NCBI GenBank assembly: GCA_004193545.1
Contig: RPGO01000009.1
Coordinates: 15,166 to 79,165, forward strand
Source of the DNA: Candidatus Argoarchaeum ethanivorans
Lineage (GTDB): Archaea; Halobacteriota; Methanosarcinia; Methanosarcinales; EX4572-44
DNA length: 64,000 bases
Reading direction: 5' to 3'
The position numbers and the translations under genes are program-made. The notes under the pieces are model-generated. The model saw nothing but the letters and a program-made list of their open reading frames with translations, made no database searches and was not told where the DNA came from. Shown piece by piece: positions 1 to 9,140 of the stretch (positions are counted from its first letter, which is position 1; every line of letters starts with the position of its first letter).

Positions 1-90
1 TCTGCACAACTGCACAACTTCGTTGTGCAGAGATAACCGGGAACTCTCGATTGCGCAAGCAATCGAGTGCGTTAGCAATCAAGTTGTGCC
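1..90. repeat. REP-like intergenic hairpin cluster, cut by the window edge
   Basis: Two perfect 9-bp-stem hairpins: CTGCACAAC-TTC-GTTGTGCAG (10-30) and CTCGATTGC-GCAA-GCAATCGAG (46-67). The same two stem families recur at 931-990, 4811-4960, 8915-9140, 51766-51891 and 53662-53683. Confidence 0.8.
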
Positions 91-206
91 AATCTCGTGG
101 TTCTGAAAAAGCCAAACCTGGTTTTTTAGGTTTTTTATTTGTAACCTAATCTTTTTAGGGAATGTTTTTTGTAGTCCTAACTTCGATATGAAAGTGGTGA
201 AAAAGA

Positions 207-914
207 ATGAAATTATTAAGTGAAGTTGAACCAGAGGAAACAGTAACTGTGAAAAAAACAGATGGCGGTGTGGAAGCAAAAAGCCATCTCAACGAACTGG
301 GCATTGTTGAAGGAACTGTGCTTACAGTAATTGCCACTGAACCTGTGCATGTGCATGCAGGTCCCATTTCCCTGAAAACTGCAGGGAAAGAGTTGTTTAT
401 AGCTCGTGGATGGGCAAATAAGATCATGGTTGAGCGAAAAGGTGAGGTGCTTCCGCTTCTAAGACTTGAAGCTGGAGAAAAGGGTACAGTAAAAAACATG
501 GGGGACAGTAAGTCTTTTGAAGGTTATTTTACTGAACTTGGTATTGGGATGGGGAGCGAAATTGAGTTTGTAAAGCATCTTCCAGACACTACACTGGTGT
601 TTAAAGTGGATGATTCAGAGATAACGATGGGTGAAGGCCAGGCATCGAAGGTGCTGGTGGAAAAGGAAGGACAAACCATTCAGCTAAACTATCTAAGAGA
701 AGGTGAGAATGCAAAGATAGGAAAAATCATTGGTGGAGTCTCGCTCCTTGAGAAATTTGAGCAGATGGGTCTTGCGGAAGGAGGAAAAATAACACTGGTC
801 AGGAAGAAGGTGCAGCCACCTGTTCCAAAAATTGGGACTTATGTGAGTGCAAAGATTGGTGATCAGTTGGTAACAATCGGGCGAGGACTATCAGAGAGGG
901 TCTGGGTGGAATAA
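207..914 (+). CDS. feoA: FeoA-family protein with three tandem FeoA/SH3-like domains
   Basis: 235-aa ORF. The module L..LGI.EG..(L/I)...G.....(V/I).IG....I.RG.A..I.V occurs three times (for example [12 protein letters not shown]...[15 protein letters not shown]). Confidence 0.7.
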   Translation: MKLLSEVEPEETVTVKKTDGGVEAKSHLNELGIVEGTVLTVIATEPVHVHAGPISLKTAGKELFIARGWANKIMVERKGEVLPLLRLEAGEKGTVKNMGDSKSFEGYFTELGIGMGSEIEFVKHLPDTTLVFKVDDSEITMGEGQASKVLVEKEGQTIQLNYLREGENAKIGKIIGGVSLLEKFEQMGLAEGGKITLVRKKVQPPVPKIGTYVSAKIGDQLVTIGRGLSERVWVE

Positions 915-930
915 GATTCACTGGACTTTC

Positions 931-990
931 GAAAACTACACAACTTCGTTGTGCAGAAAATAACCGGAAACTCTTGACCACGCAGCAATC
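931..990. repeat. Degenerate copy of the hairpin unit seen at 1-80
   Basis: CTACACAAC-TTC-GTTGTGCAG (936-956, one mismatch) followed by AAAATAACCGGAAACTCTTGACCACGCAGCAATCAAG. It is colinear with the unit at 10-67. Confidence 0.7.
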
Positions 991-1303
991 AAGAATCAAA
1001 GGTTACCGGCTATTTCCAAGCCATAATAAGGAAGAGCATATAACAACTCGGACAGTTGGAAAAATATTCGCAAATGCCTATAAAAAGGCAAACATTAAAA
1101 AGGATGCTGCGGTTCATAGTCTAAGACACAGTTTTGCCACACACTTGTTAGAGAGCGGGGTGGATTTGAGATATATCCAAGAGCTTTTAGGGCATAAGAG
1201 CAGTAAAACAACGGAGATATACACACATGTAAGCAATAAAGATTTGAGTAAGATAAAAAGCCCATTAGATAATTTGCTCAACAAAGGGGATACAAAAGCA
1301 TGA
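974..1303 (+). pseudogene. Tyrosine recombinase (phage-integrase/Xer family), C-terminal catalytic fragment only
   Basis: Motifs [39 protein letters not shown] (box II H-x-x-R, catalytic Y). Only about 100 aa are homologous. The N-terminal two thirds are missing, and the ORF start lies inside the hairpin repeat. Confidence 0.75.
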
Positions 1304-1344
1304 AAAGAAATATGGGTAATACGATGTGTTCCGATAGAGGTATG

Positions 1345-1416
1345 TATATCCGCAATACTGCGGATATAATGCCAAAATGGAGGTATATACGCATTGCGGA
1401 TATACCTGAGTTATAC
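1345..1416 (+). repeat. Upstream structured element U1: two hairpins plus a GTTATAC core, directly 5' of the SIR2-TPR cargo gene
   Basis: TATATCCGCA-ATAC-TGCGGATATA (1345-1368, perfect). AGGTATATACGCA/TGCGGATATACCT (1381-1407, one mismatch). GTTATAC at 1410-1416. Homologous to 12518-12578. Confidence 0.7.
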
Positions 1417-2716
1417 GCAATCGGCTTCGGGGGGTTATAAGTGGAGGCTACAGCAATGAGTAGTAAAGAATTTCAAGAATGTATAGACGAAATAGCAGGT
1501 TTAATAAAAAAAGGGCAAGTCCTCTTCTTCGTTGGATCAGGAATATCAAGAGAGAAACCAACTGGTCTTCCTACAGGGGAAACACTAAGGAATGAACTTG
1601 TAGAGTTATTTTGTTTTGATCAAGAAAATGATATCAAACAATATCTTTTAAATGCGGTTGAGAAAATAACTTTGGAGGAAGTCTCCCAAGTCATCTATGA
1701 ACATATAGACGACCGATTATTGGATCTGTTATCGACTATACTTGATGATCAAAAAGTACAACCAAATAACATACATCAATTTCTCGCAAAGTCTTTGACT
1801 TATGGCAATGTTGTAGTAACTACAAATTATGACAGCATGATCGAAAGGGCTTATACCGAAAATGTACCAAAAGAAATACAAAAGGAAAAAGCGCTTTGGC
1901 TATATTATGATGACCATCATTTCGATGAGTTTTATGATTACCGCCAAAATATAGTGAGTAGTGAAGAAGACACCAAGTGGTTCTCACCTATACTTAAACT
2001 TCATGGAACTCTCCAAGACATTAGGTCGAAAAGAAATACTAGGGATAGTGTCATTACTATTTTAAGCCGAATCGAAAGTTTACCCTTGCCTAAGAAAAAA
2101 GCGCTTAAAAATTTGTTTGATGATTATCATGTTATCTTTATGGGTTATAGTGCTCGGGATTTAGATATTTTTGAATGTCTTTCAGAAATCACTAGTCGTA
2201 GAGAAGATTTAACTTTGAAATGGAATTTAGATATTAGCGAGACGATTTCGGATCTCTATAGGATTACTGGCATTGGGGGAGGGATGAATAAAAAGAAGAT
2301 TTTTTGGATTAAATATTATCCAGAGCAAGAACCAAAAATATTGACATATAAGAATATTAAAGATGAAAGCAAGAGAAAAACTGATTGGGAGACCCTAAAT
2401 ACTAATAAGGTCTTATTGAATAGATGCATATACGGAACTGATTTAGGAATAAAAATAAAGCAAACTGCGATCAAATTTGTAGAAGCATTAGCAAATAGAT
2501 TAAAAAAAATAGACGATAAACATTTTTGGATTTTACCTAAGCAACAAGATACTCCAGACGAACAACATCTTAAATCATACAGAAAAGATAAACTCATCGA
2601 ATTGGCAAGCACAGTTCCTAAGTACTCAAGAATGCTGATATTGGCTGACATTGCTGAGAAAGCAAGAGTATGGGGTATTGCTAAACAATTTTGCAAGGAA
2701 GCACAGTTAATAGACA

Positions 2717-3757
2717 TTATAGTTACGAACCTAATATTTCTAACTTATGTTCCTCATCAATAAACTTTTCAATCCATCCCTTCGCAAAGCTGATCTGTGA
2801 TGAATATTTCCGAAACTTATCACTGATTATCTCTTTCATGTGATTTAAATCTACAATAAACTCGCGTGAAATGACTTTCTTGATGCTTTTCCAGATGAAT
2901 TCAATTGGATTCAAATCCGGAGAATATGGGGGCAAAAATACCAATACAATCCCGTTTTCTTCAGTAAACTTTGTAGTATCTTTTGCCCTATGCGAACTAA
3001 AATTATCAAGAATAATAACAATGGTCTTTCCAGGGTTTTTGGACCTTATTTCACCAAAGAATTCACAAATCGATTCCTTTTTCGAGTTTTCCTTAAAGTC
3101 GATAACTGAGTTTCCGTTTAATGCATAAAATCCAAAAGTATTCGCTCGTAATTTTGTAGTGTTCTTGCATATTACGGGTTTTGTAAACGACCACAACCGC
3201 TGTGTATTTGACGTTGTCTGAGGGGATGTTTCATCAAAAAAACCTATCATAGCGTCATTATTTAGTTCAGGAATGTTTTTTTTAAACGTTCTTCCGCATC
3301 ATCTGGTTTTCGGTAATCATGAGGAAATGGTTTTGCGTGGTGCATCTTGAAACTTTTTAAAATAACTCGTATCTGCTTTTGAGTATATCCGACTTTAAAC
3401 TCTCTTAAAACAAGTTCTCTTACCTCTTCTGTTGTCCAATTGTTCTGTTTTTTCAGTATTCTTTTTAGTTGTTCTTTTTGTTGAATTGAGAGCTTCGAGG
3501 GTTTTCCTCCTGCAAATTTTGGTTTTAAACCGTCATATCCTGCTTCATTCCATCTGTTCTGCCAAATATAGGCAACAGGTTTTGAAATTTCTACTCTTTT
3601 GGCTGCCTTCTCAACACTCAGCCCTTCATAACGGAATTTAATAAGATACAATCTTTGTAAAATTTTTACATCCTTCTCTATCGATTTTATTCTTTTGGTT
3701 AGTTCTTCAACACTCATGTGTCGCACAATGGTGATTGATTCATGTCTTGTCATGAAT
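2717..3757 (-). mobile_element. IS630-family insertion sequence (about 1.04 kb)
   Basis: Contains HTH plus DDE_3-type transposase frames. Flanked by the direct repeat ATAGACA. I could not recognise terminal inverted repeats by eye, so the ends are approximate. Confidence 0.7.
2723..3717 (-). CDS. IS630-family transposase in two frames, joinable by a -1 shift at an A8 run
   Basis: The N-terminal frame (3262-3765 ORF) has an HTH. The C-terminal frame (2723-3250) has IVIILDNFSSHRAKD...LPPYSPDLNPIEFIW. The heptamer A_AAA_AAA (minus strand, 3276-3283) is in phase. The -1 frame reads K-N-I-P-E-L-N-N-D-A-M-I-G-F without a stop. Alternative start M at 3753. Confidence 0.75.
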
Positions 3758-4724
3758 ATAGACAAAGAACTGATTAGTTATAAAAGTTACGTTCTTGACT
3801 ATAATTTAAAATCTATTGCTGAAACAGAACGGCGTCTTGGTTGGTATTTTTACCAGTTGAATCGAGAAGGCGATGCTGGTAAGGCATTGCACCATTATGA
3901 ATTAAGTCATTCTTCATATCAGTTGCTTGGTGATAAGTTTGAAGAAGCTCGCCTTAAAAGCTCGCTTGGTCTCTTATACAACAGAAGACAAAGAGAATTA
4001 GGGAAGCTGGAGTTAGATACATCAAAGACATATGTTGAACGCGCTTGGGATGTGCTAAAACCAATTCTTGATCCAACGCATACTATAACTGAAGGCAACA
4101 TAACGAGCAAGGATGAAATAGATCAAGTAGTTGACAAGATGATAAACTTATCTCGTCATGTAACCGTTGAACAGAAACGTATACTTGCGAAAGTTTGGGG
4201 TGGAATAGCCCATGTTTATCTCCGTTTAAGTGGGGATCCTGGAGGAGTTATTGTTAGGAAAGGAAGAACTGAGATTGAAGAGGATGAAGAGAATAGACAA
4301 TTATTATATAAAGCAGAGACATTCCTCAGAGCAACTCGGCAATTAGAAAAAGAAGTTGGAGCAATCCGTGATTTAATACAAACTGATCACTTGATAGGCC
4401 TAACACTTACTAGACTTGGAAAAGCTGAAGAAGCAATTAAATTTCATGAAAATTGGACGAGAAAGGCAGGATTACTTGGATGGAAGCATGAATACGCACA
4501 AGCATGTAGAAATTTAAGTGTAGCATATGCATACAACGGAGATGGGGAAAGTAAAAAATGGGTTGACGAAGCTATTAAGACTTGGGAAAATTTGCAAAAA
4601 ATAACAAGTGAGGATAGAACAACAGACATTGAAGCAGCAAAGAAACTCAAGAAAAAGATTTCCAATTTAATAAAGAAATAAGCAATATGGAAAAGAGGAT
4701 AATAACACACCTCGCCGACAGCGT

Positions 4725-4806
4725 ATAACACGGTGTATGCGGTTCGCTTCGCTCACCAAAATGCTCGGCTTCGCCTCGCACTTCGCATACACCGAGAACG
4801 TTATCT
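4725..4806 (+). repeat. attC-like imperfect palindrome D1, immediately 3' of the SIR2-TPR gene
   Basis: ATAAC(4725-4729)-A-CGGTGTATGCG(4731-4741), a 42-nt loop, then CGCATACACCG(4784-4794)-AGAAC-GTTAT(4800-4804). Same geometry as 14524-14601. Confidence 0.7.
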
Positions 4807-4810
4807 GCTG

Positions 4811-4960
4811 CACTCGATTGCCTGTGCAGCTTGATTACTTCGTAATCGAGAGTTGATTTCTGCAAAAGCGAAGTTGTGCAGTGCTTGCGTAATCGAAAAT
4901 TAAAAATTAATTTCCGCACAACGAAGTTGTGTGGTTCTGCAGAACGAAGTTGTGCAGTAC
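4811..4960. repeat. REP-like hairpin cluster
   Basis: CTTGATTAC-TTC-GTAATCGAG (4830-4850). CCGCACAAC-GAA-GTTGTGTGG (4914-4934). CTGCAGAAC-GAA-GTTGTGCAG (4937-4957). One more degenerate copy at 4859-4881. Confidence 0.8.
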
Positions 4961-5000
4961 CAAAGGATTAATAATACTTCTTTTACACATAACAATAAAG

Positions 5001-6287
5001 GTGACAGTCATTCAACCAATCCTCCAGGTAGCTCTTGACATACTTGAAACAGAACGTGCCATCGAAATAGCAACTGAGGCAGTGGCGGGTGGCGCGGAAT
5101 GGATAGAAGCAGGTACACCGTTAATCAAAAGCGAGGGCATGGATGCAATACGAAAACTGAGAGAAGCATTCCCTGACAAAACCATTGTTGCGGACATGAA
5201 AATTCAGGATACAGGTGCATTGGAAGTTGAAATGGCATCAAAAGCAGGAGCGGACGTGATAACAATCCTTGCGACTGCTGACAGTGCGACAGTGGAAGAT
5301 GCCCTGCGGGCAGCACGCAAATACGGAACAACACTCATGGCAGACCTCCTGTGCACAGAAAACCGGATTGTGCGGGCAAAAGAACTTGAACGGCTTGGGG
5401 TGGACTACATCAACTTTCACACAGGAATCGACCAGCAAATGAAAGGAGAGACTCCACTAAAACTGCTTAAAAATGTAGATTTAGTTACTCCCATTGCTAT
5501 TGCAGGGGGAATCAACGCGGAAATGGCTGCACAAGCAGTATCAGCAGGTGCAAGCATAATTATAGTGGGCGGAAACATCACTCGCTCAGAAAACGTTACA
5601 GAATCCACAAAAAAAATAATCAGTGCAATGCACAAACCACAGACCACTGCCAACAAAAAAATAAACATACAAAAAGAGATCATACGTCTCCTGGAGAACA
5701 CATCAACACCAAACATTACAGATGCCATTCATCGAAAGGGTGCAATGAAGAACATCAAGTCAATTGTCGCAGGTCAAAAAATAGTTGGGCAGGCTGTTAC
5801 AGTACAAACATTTGAAGGCGACTGGGCAAAACCAGTCGAAGCAATCGACATAGCAAAACCTGGTGAGATCATAGTAATCTACAACGCAAGCAAACATATC
5901 GCACCATGGGGAGAACTTGCCAGCTTAAGCTGCATCAATAAAGGCATTGCAGGAGTCGTCATCGATGGTGCAGTGCGAGATATAGACGATATTCGAAAAC
6001 TTAAATTCCCAGTATTTGCCTGCAACGCGGTACCGAATGCAGGAGAGCCAAAAGGCATGGGCGAAATCAATGTAGAAATCGTATGCGGGGGACAAACCGT
6101 GCGGCAGGGGGATTACATCGTAGGCGACGATAATGGTGTTGTTGTAATACCAAGAGAGCAAGCCTACGAAATCGCACGGCGTGCTGTTGAAGTAGCAAAA
6201 ACAGAACAACGCATCAGGGAAGAAATAAAACGCGGGAAAACCCTCTCACAGGTACTGCACCTTGAAAAATGGGAAAAAATGTCGTAG
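5001..6287 (+). CDS. Bifunctional 3-hexulose-6-phosphate synthase (OMPdecase-fold) / RraA-like domain protein
   Basis: The N-terminal half has PILQVALD...ADMKIQDTG...[14 protein letters not shown]...IAIAGGI (HPS/KGPDC family). The C-terminal half has the RraA/DlpA-like GAVRD and [14 protein letters not shown]. The start is set at GTG 5001 because 4929-5000 lies in the hairpin repeat. Confidence 0.75.
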   Translation: MTVIQPILQVALDILETERAIEIATEAVAGGAEWIEAGTPLIKSEGMDAIRKLREAFPDKTIVADMKIQDTGALEVEMASKAGADVITILATADSATVEDALRAARKYGTTLMADLLCTENRIVRAKELERLGVDYINFHTGIDQQMKGETPLKLLKNVDLVTPIAIAGGINAEMAAQAVSAGASIIIVGGNITRSENVTESTKKIISAMHKPQTTANKKINIQKEIIRLLENTSTPNITDAIHRKGAMKNIKSIVAGQKIVGQAVTVQTFEGDWAKPVEAIDIAKPGEIIVIYNASKHIAPWGELASLSCINKGIAGVVIDGAVRDIDDIRKLKFPVFACNAVPNAGEPKGMGEINVEIVCGGQTVRQGDYIVGDDNGVVVIPREQAYEIARRAVEVAKTEQRIREEIKRGKTLSQVLHLEKWEKMS

Positions 6288-6471
6288 TCAAATGCCAAAG
6301 AGGGTATTTGTGCATTCTCTATAACCACGCGTAATTAACCTGAACAAATTAACTTCTCGCGAATATATTCCCTGACTCCAAAAACCAATTCTCTATCGCT
6401 TATTCTTTCAAACCTCCGGCAGGAACGGCAGTGTGATTACCTCACTTTGATAAATATATTAAGTGATTAAG

Positions 6472-6479
6472 TTTATATA
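6472..6479 (+). promoter_or_regulatory. Candidate archaeal TATA box for htpX
   Basis: TTTATATA lies about 40 nt upstream of ATG 6518. GGTGA at 6506-6510 is a possible RBS. Confidence 0.35.
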
Positions 6480-6517
6480 TTGTTTATTGCTATCTTTATC
6501 TATTTGGTGAATGTATT

Positions 6518-7399
6518 ATGAAACAGTGGTATCGTGACACTGGTCTCCAGGCAAGAATGTTTTTGACTATGTTTTTGCTTGCAGCAGTCTATCTGGCTTT
6601 TATTATCTTCCTTGCAACAATGGGGGTTGGTACGATGGGTATTGTAGTTGTTGCCGGGCTTTTCATATTTATTCAGTATTTTTATTCTGATAAACTTGTA
6701 TTGTGGAGTATGGGTGGGAAGATCGTAAGCGAGAGCGAGGAACCTGAACTTCATACTATTATTAGCCGCTTGTGTCAGATTGCAGATTTACCAAAGCCGC
6801 GGATTGCTGTGGTTGAAAACAATGTTCCCAATGCCTTTGCAACAGGTCGCAGCAAGAAAAACGCTGTTGTGGCTGTAACAACAGGTCTTATGCATCAGTT
6901 AAACCATGGCGAACTTGAAGCAGTGATCGCGCATGAACTGAGCCATGTTAAAAATAGGGATGTACTTGTGATAACTATTGCAAGTTTTATCTCTACAATA
7001 GCATTTTTCCTTGCACGAAACCTCATGTTCTTTGGTATGATGGGTAGGGGAAGACGTGATTCCGGAGGCATTATGGCTGTATGGATCGTATCGCTTCTCG
7101 TATGGCTGATCAGTTTCCTTCTGATACGCGCCCTTTCACGATACCGTGAGTTCTCTGCTGATAGAGGTTCTGCAGCAATCACCGGGCAGCCAGCACAACT
7201 TGCGTCAGCCCTTATGAAGATAAGCGGTGCAATGAAACGTGTACCTACAGATGATCTTCGCAAGGTCGAGGGCATGAATGCATTTTTCATCATACCTGCT
7301 GTTTCTGGCAGCAGCCTGATGAAACTGTTCTCAACCCATCCACAGATTGAACAACGTATTGCAAAACTTGAAGAAATGCAGCAAAAAATGGAGTTTTAA
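6518..7399 (+). CDS. htpX: Zinc metalloprotease HtpX (peptidase M48)
   Basis: HELSHV (HExxH) motif, N-terminal and central TM segments, length 293 aa. Confidence 0.9.
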   Translation: MKQWYRDTGLQARMFLTMFLLAAVYLAFIIFLATMGVGTMGIVVVAGLFIFIQYFYSDKLVLWSMGGKIVSESEEPELHTIISRLCQIADLPKPRIAVVENNVPNAFATGRSKKNAVVAVTTGLMHQLNHGELEAVIAHELSHVKNRDVLVITIASFISTIAFFLARNLMFFGMMGRGRRDSGGIMAVWIVSLLVWLISFLLIRALSRYREFSADRGSAAITGQPAQLASALMKISGAMKRVPTDDLRKVEGMNAFFIIPAVSGSSLMKLFSTHPQIEQRIAKLEEMQQKMEF

Positions 7400-7404
7400 A
7401 AAAT

Positions 7405-7974
7405 ATGGGTTTTCTGGATGCATTTCTTGGTAAGACAAAACTTCCAAAGTCCAAAACCAAAGATATCTTTGCAATCTCCACAGCCAACGTCACATTCGAG
7501 GCAAATCTTAATCTCAGAGCACTTAACAAAGCAGGTATATGTTTTAAACCGCAGGCATCATCGCATTTCACACAAGCACGAGCTGAGGTGGAAGAGTTAT
7601 TAACCTACTCCTGCAAAGATACCAACACCGGGTATCAGATAACAAAAGATGCCTATGGATATACATGGATCGTGCTCGAAGACCCTGATTTTGAGGATCT
7701 CGTATCCAACATATACCTGGTAAGCGAGGGGTTAATTGAGCGTGATTTTGGAGAACAACTCCTGTGTGCACTGTTCACTTTTAAAGAGAAGGGTGGCGCT
7801 AATGTATACTGGATATATAACTTCAAACACGGTAATTTCTATCCGTTTGCACCAAAAGCAAACAAAGAGCGCAATTCTGCGTTTGAGTTCCGCCTTCGTT
7901 CAGTAATGGAAAAAGAATTGCCTATTGAAAAAGATGTAGAGCGCTGGTATCCATTATGGGATGTGCCAGTTTAA
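7405..7974 (+). CDS. Conserved hypothetical protein, co-oriented 5 nt after htpX
   Basis: 189-aa ORF with ordinary codon usage. I recognise no motif. Confidence 0.5.
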   Translation: MGFLDAFLGKTKLPKSKTKDIFAISTANVTFEANLNLRALNKAGICFKPQASSHFTQARAEVEELLTYSCKDTNTGYQITKDAYGYTWIVLEDPDFEDLVSNIYLVSEGLIERDFGEQLLCALFTFKEKGGANVYWIYNFKHGNFYPFAPKANKERNSAFEFRLRSVMEKELPIEKDVERWYPLWDVPV

Positions 7975-7983
7975 TATGTGTTG

Positions 7984-8949
7984 ATGCGTTTGACAATCAA
8001 AACACGACTCCGGGATTTCATTATAACAACCGATGACTGGGTCTTTGCAGTAGCAGATTACACTCACCAAAACGGCGTACGCTCTATACTAAGATACGTA
8101 CCTGACAAAGAAGGAGAACGCCTGAAAAACGGTGTCAGATATCACAAACTGGATTTTGACGACTCTTTCACATTTATGAAAAAACACCGTCCATCGTGGG
8201 TGAAGGACGTTCACATCGTGCCATTCGACCAGGTAAAACAGGTGTTAAACCCGGTCAGGCGAATACCAGACCTTATTAGAACCAGTCCAGAAGTAGCAGT
8301 GATTGTGCAGGTTCTCTTAGATGGAGGAATACCGCTATCACAGATTGGTATTACCGGTTCACATCTACCAGGATTAACTAACGAAACATCAGACATTGAT
8401 CTTATCGTATACGGCAAACACTGGTTTAAAGCAAGAGACCTGATTGCAAAGGCAAAAAAAACTGGTGGGACCATCTGCGAAATAAACGACGAGATGTGGC
8501 ATCGCATCTACAACAAGCGAATCCCTGCCACCACCTTTGAAGAATTTATACTGCATGAAAAGCGAAAAGGTAATCGCGGCATGGTAAACAATACATACTT
8601 CGATCTTTTGTATGTACGGGATTGGAAAGACATAAAACCGCTACTACCAGGAGTCGACATCAAACACCAGAAAATAGAAGCAATGGTAACAAATGCGGAT
8701 TATGCCTTTGATGCACCATCAATATACAAAATAGACCATCCGGAAATCAAGTATGTGCTCTCGTACACGCATACATACGCCGGACAGGCAAAGAGGGGCG
8801 AACACATCGAAGCAGAAGGTATGGTAGAACAGATAGGAAACATAAAACGTCTCGTGGTTGGGACAAGCCGTGAGCCAAAAAACGAATGGATACGATCGCT
8901 CACGCTTATTAAAAACTCGACTACTTTGCGTAGCTCGACTACTTCGTAG
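7984..8949 (+). CDS. Predicted nucleotidyltransferase (pol-beta superfamily, archaeal COG1665-like)
   Basis: GITGSHLPG...SDIDLIVYG (G[ST]-x9-13-DxD NTase motif). ATG 7984 is preferred over GTG 7978. The 3' end runs into the hairpin cluster. Confidence 0.6.
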   Translation: MRLTIKTRLRDFIITTDDWVFAVADYTHQNGVRSILRYVPDKEGERLKNGVRYHKLDFDDSFTFMKKHRPSWVKDVHIVPFDQVKQVLNPVRRIPDLIRTSPEVAVIVQVLLDGGIPLSQIGITGSHLPGLTNETSDIDLIVYGKHWFKARDLIAKAKKTGGTICEINDEMWHRIYNKRIPATTFEEFILHEKRKGNRGMVNNTYFDLLYVRDWKDIKPLLPGVDIKHQKIEAMVTNADYAFDAPSIYKIDHPEIKYVLSYTHTYAGQAKRGEHIEAEGMVEQIGNIKRLVVGTSREPKNEWIRSLTLIKNSTTLRSSTTS

Positions 8950-9140
8950 TCGAGAGTCAAATATTACTGGCTATTTTTTGCACTTGATTGCTATGCAATC
9001 GAGAATTAAAAGTTCCCGGTTGCCTTCTGCACAACGAAGTTATGCAGTGCTTGCGTTGTATACAGTTACTGTTTGTCTCTGTACACGAAGTGTACAGTTC
9101 TGCAGAATGAAGTTATGCAGTGCTTGCGTAATCGAAGAGA
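8915..9140. repeat. Largest REP-like hairpin cluster in the window
   Basis: CTCGACTAC-TTC-GTAGTCGAG (8934-8954, perfect). CTTGATTGC-TAT-GCAATCGAG (8983-9003). CTGCACAAC-GAA-GTTATGCAG (9027-9047). CTGTACAC-GAA-GTGTACAG (9079-9097, perfect). CTGCAGAAT-GAA-GTTATGCAG (9100-9120). Confidence 0.85.

Larger units (their letters stand above)
1456..4681 (+). pseudogene. SIR2-like (SIR2_2 type) domain protein fused to TPR repeats, interrupted by an IS630-family element
   Basis: The N-terminal part (1456-2716) has FFVGSGIS, TTNYDSMIE, LKLHGTL and FMGYSARDLDIF. The C-terminal part (3758-4681) is TPR-like. The 7-bp repeat ATAGACA at 2710-2716 and 3758-3764 is in frame in both parts, so removing the IS restores one ORF of about 725 codons. 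GGAGG lies 8 nt upstream of ATG 1456. Confidence 0.75.

Noticed and set aside
2717-3757. Terminal inverted repeats of the IS630 element.
   Set aside because: I could not align convincing inverted repeats at the inferred ends by eye. The boundaries rest only on the 7-bp direct repeat and the restored reading frame, so the ends are given as approximate.
5012-6209. Numerous 60-130-aa antisense or off-frame ORFs inside long genes throughout the track, for example 5012-5197, 11017-11241, 30978-31517, 42489-42884 and 61460-62119.
   Set aside because: Each is nested within a strongly supported gene on the other strand or frame. They have biased low-complexity composition and no independent support.
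8915-9140. The hairpin repeat clusters could have been a CRISPR array.
   Set aside because: The repeats are short palindromes of different stem families in mixed orientation. They lack constant-length spacers and a constant repeat unit, and no cas genes are in the window.
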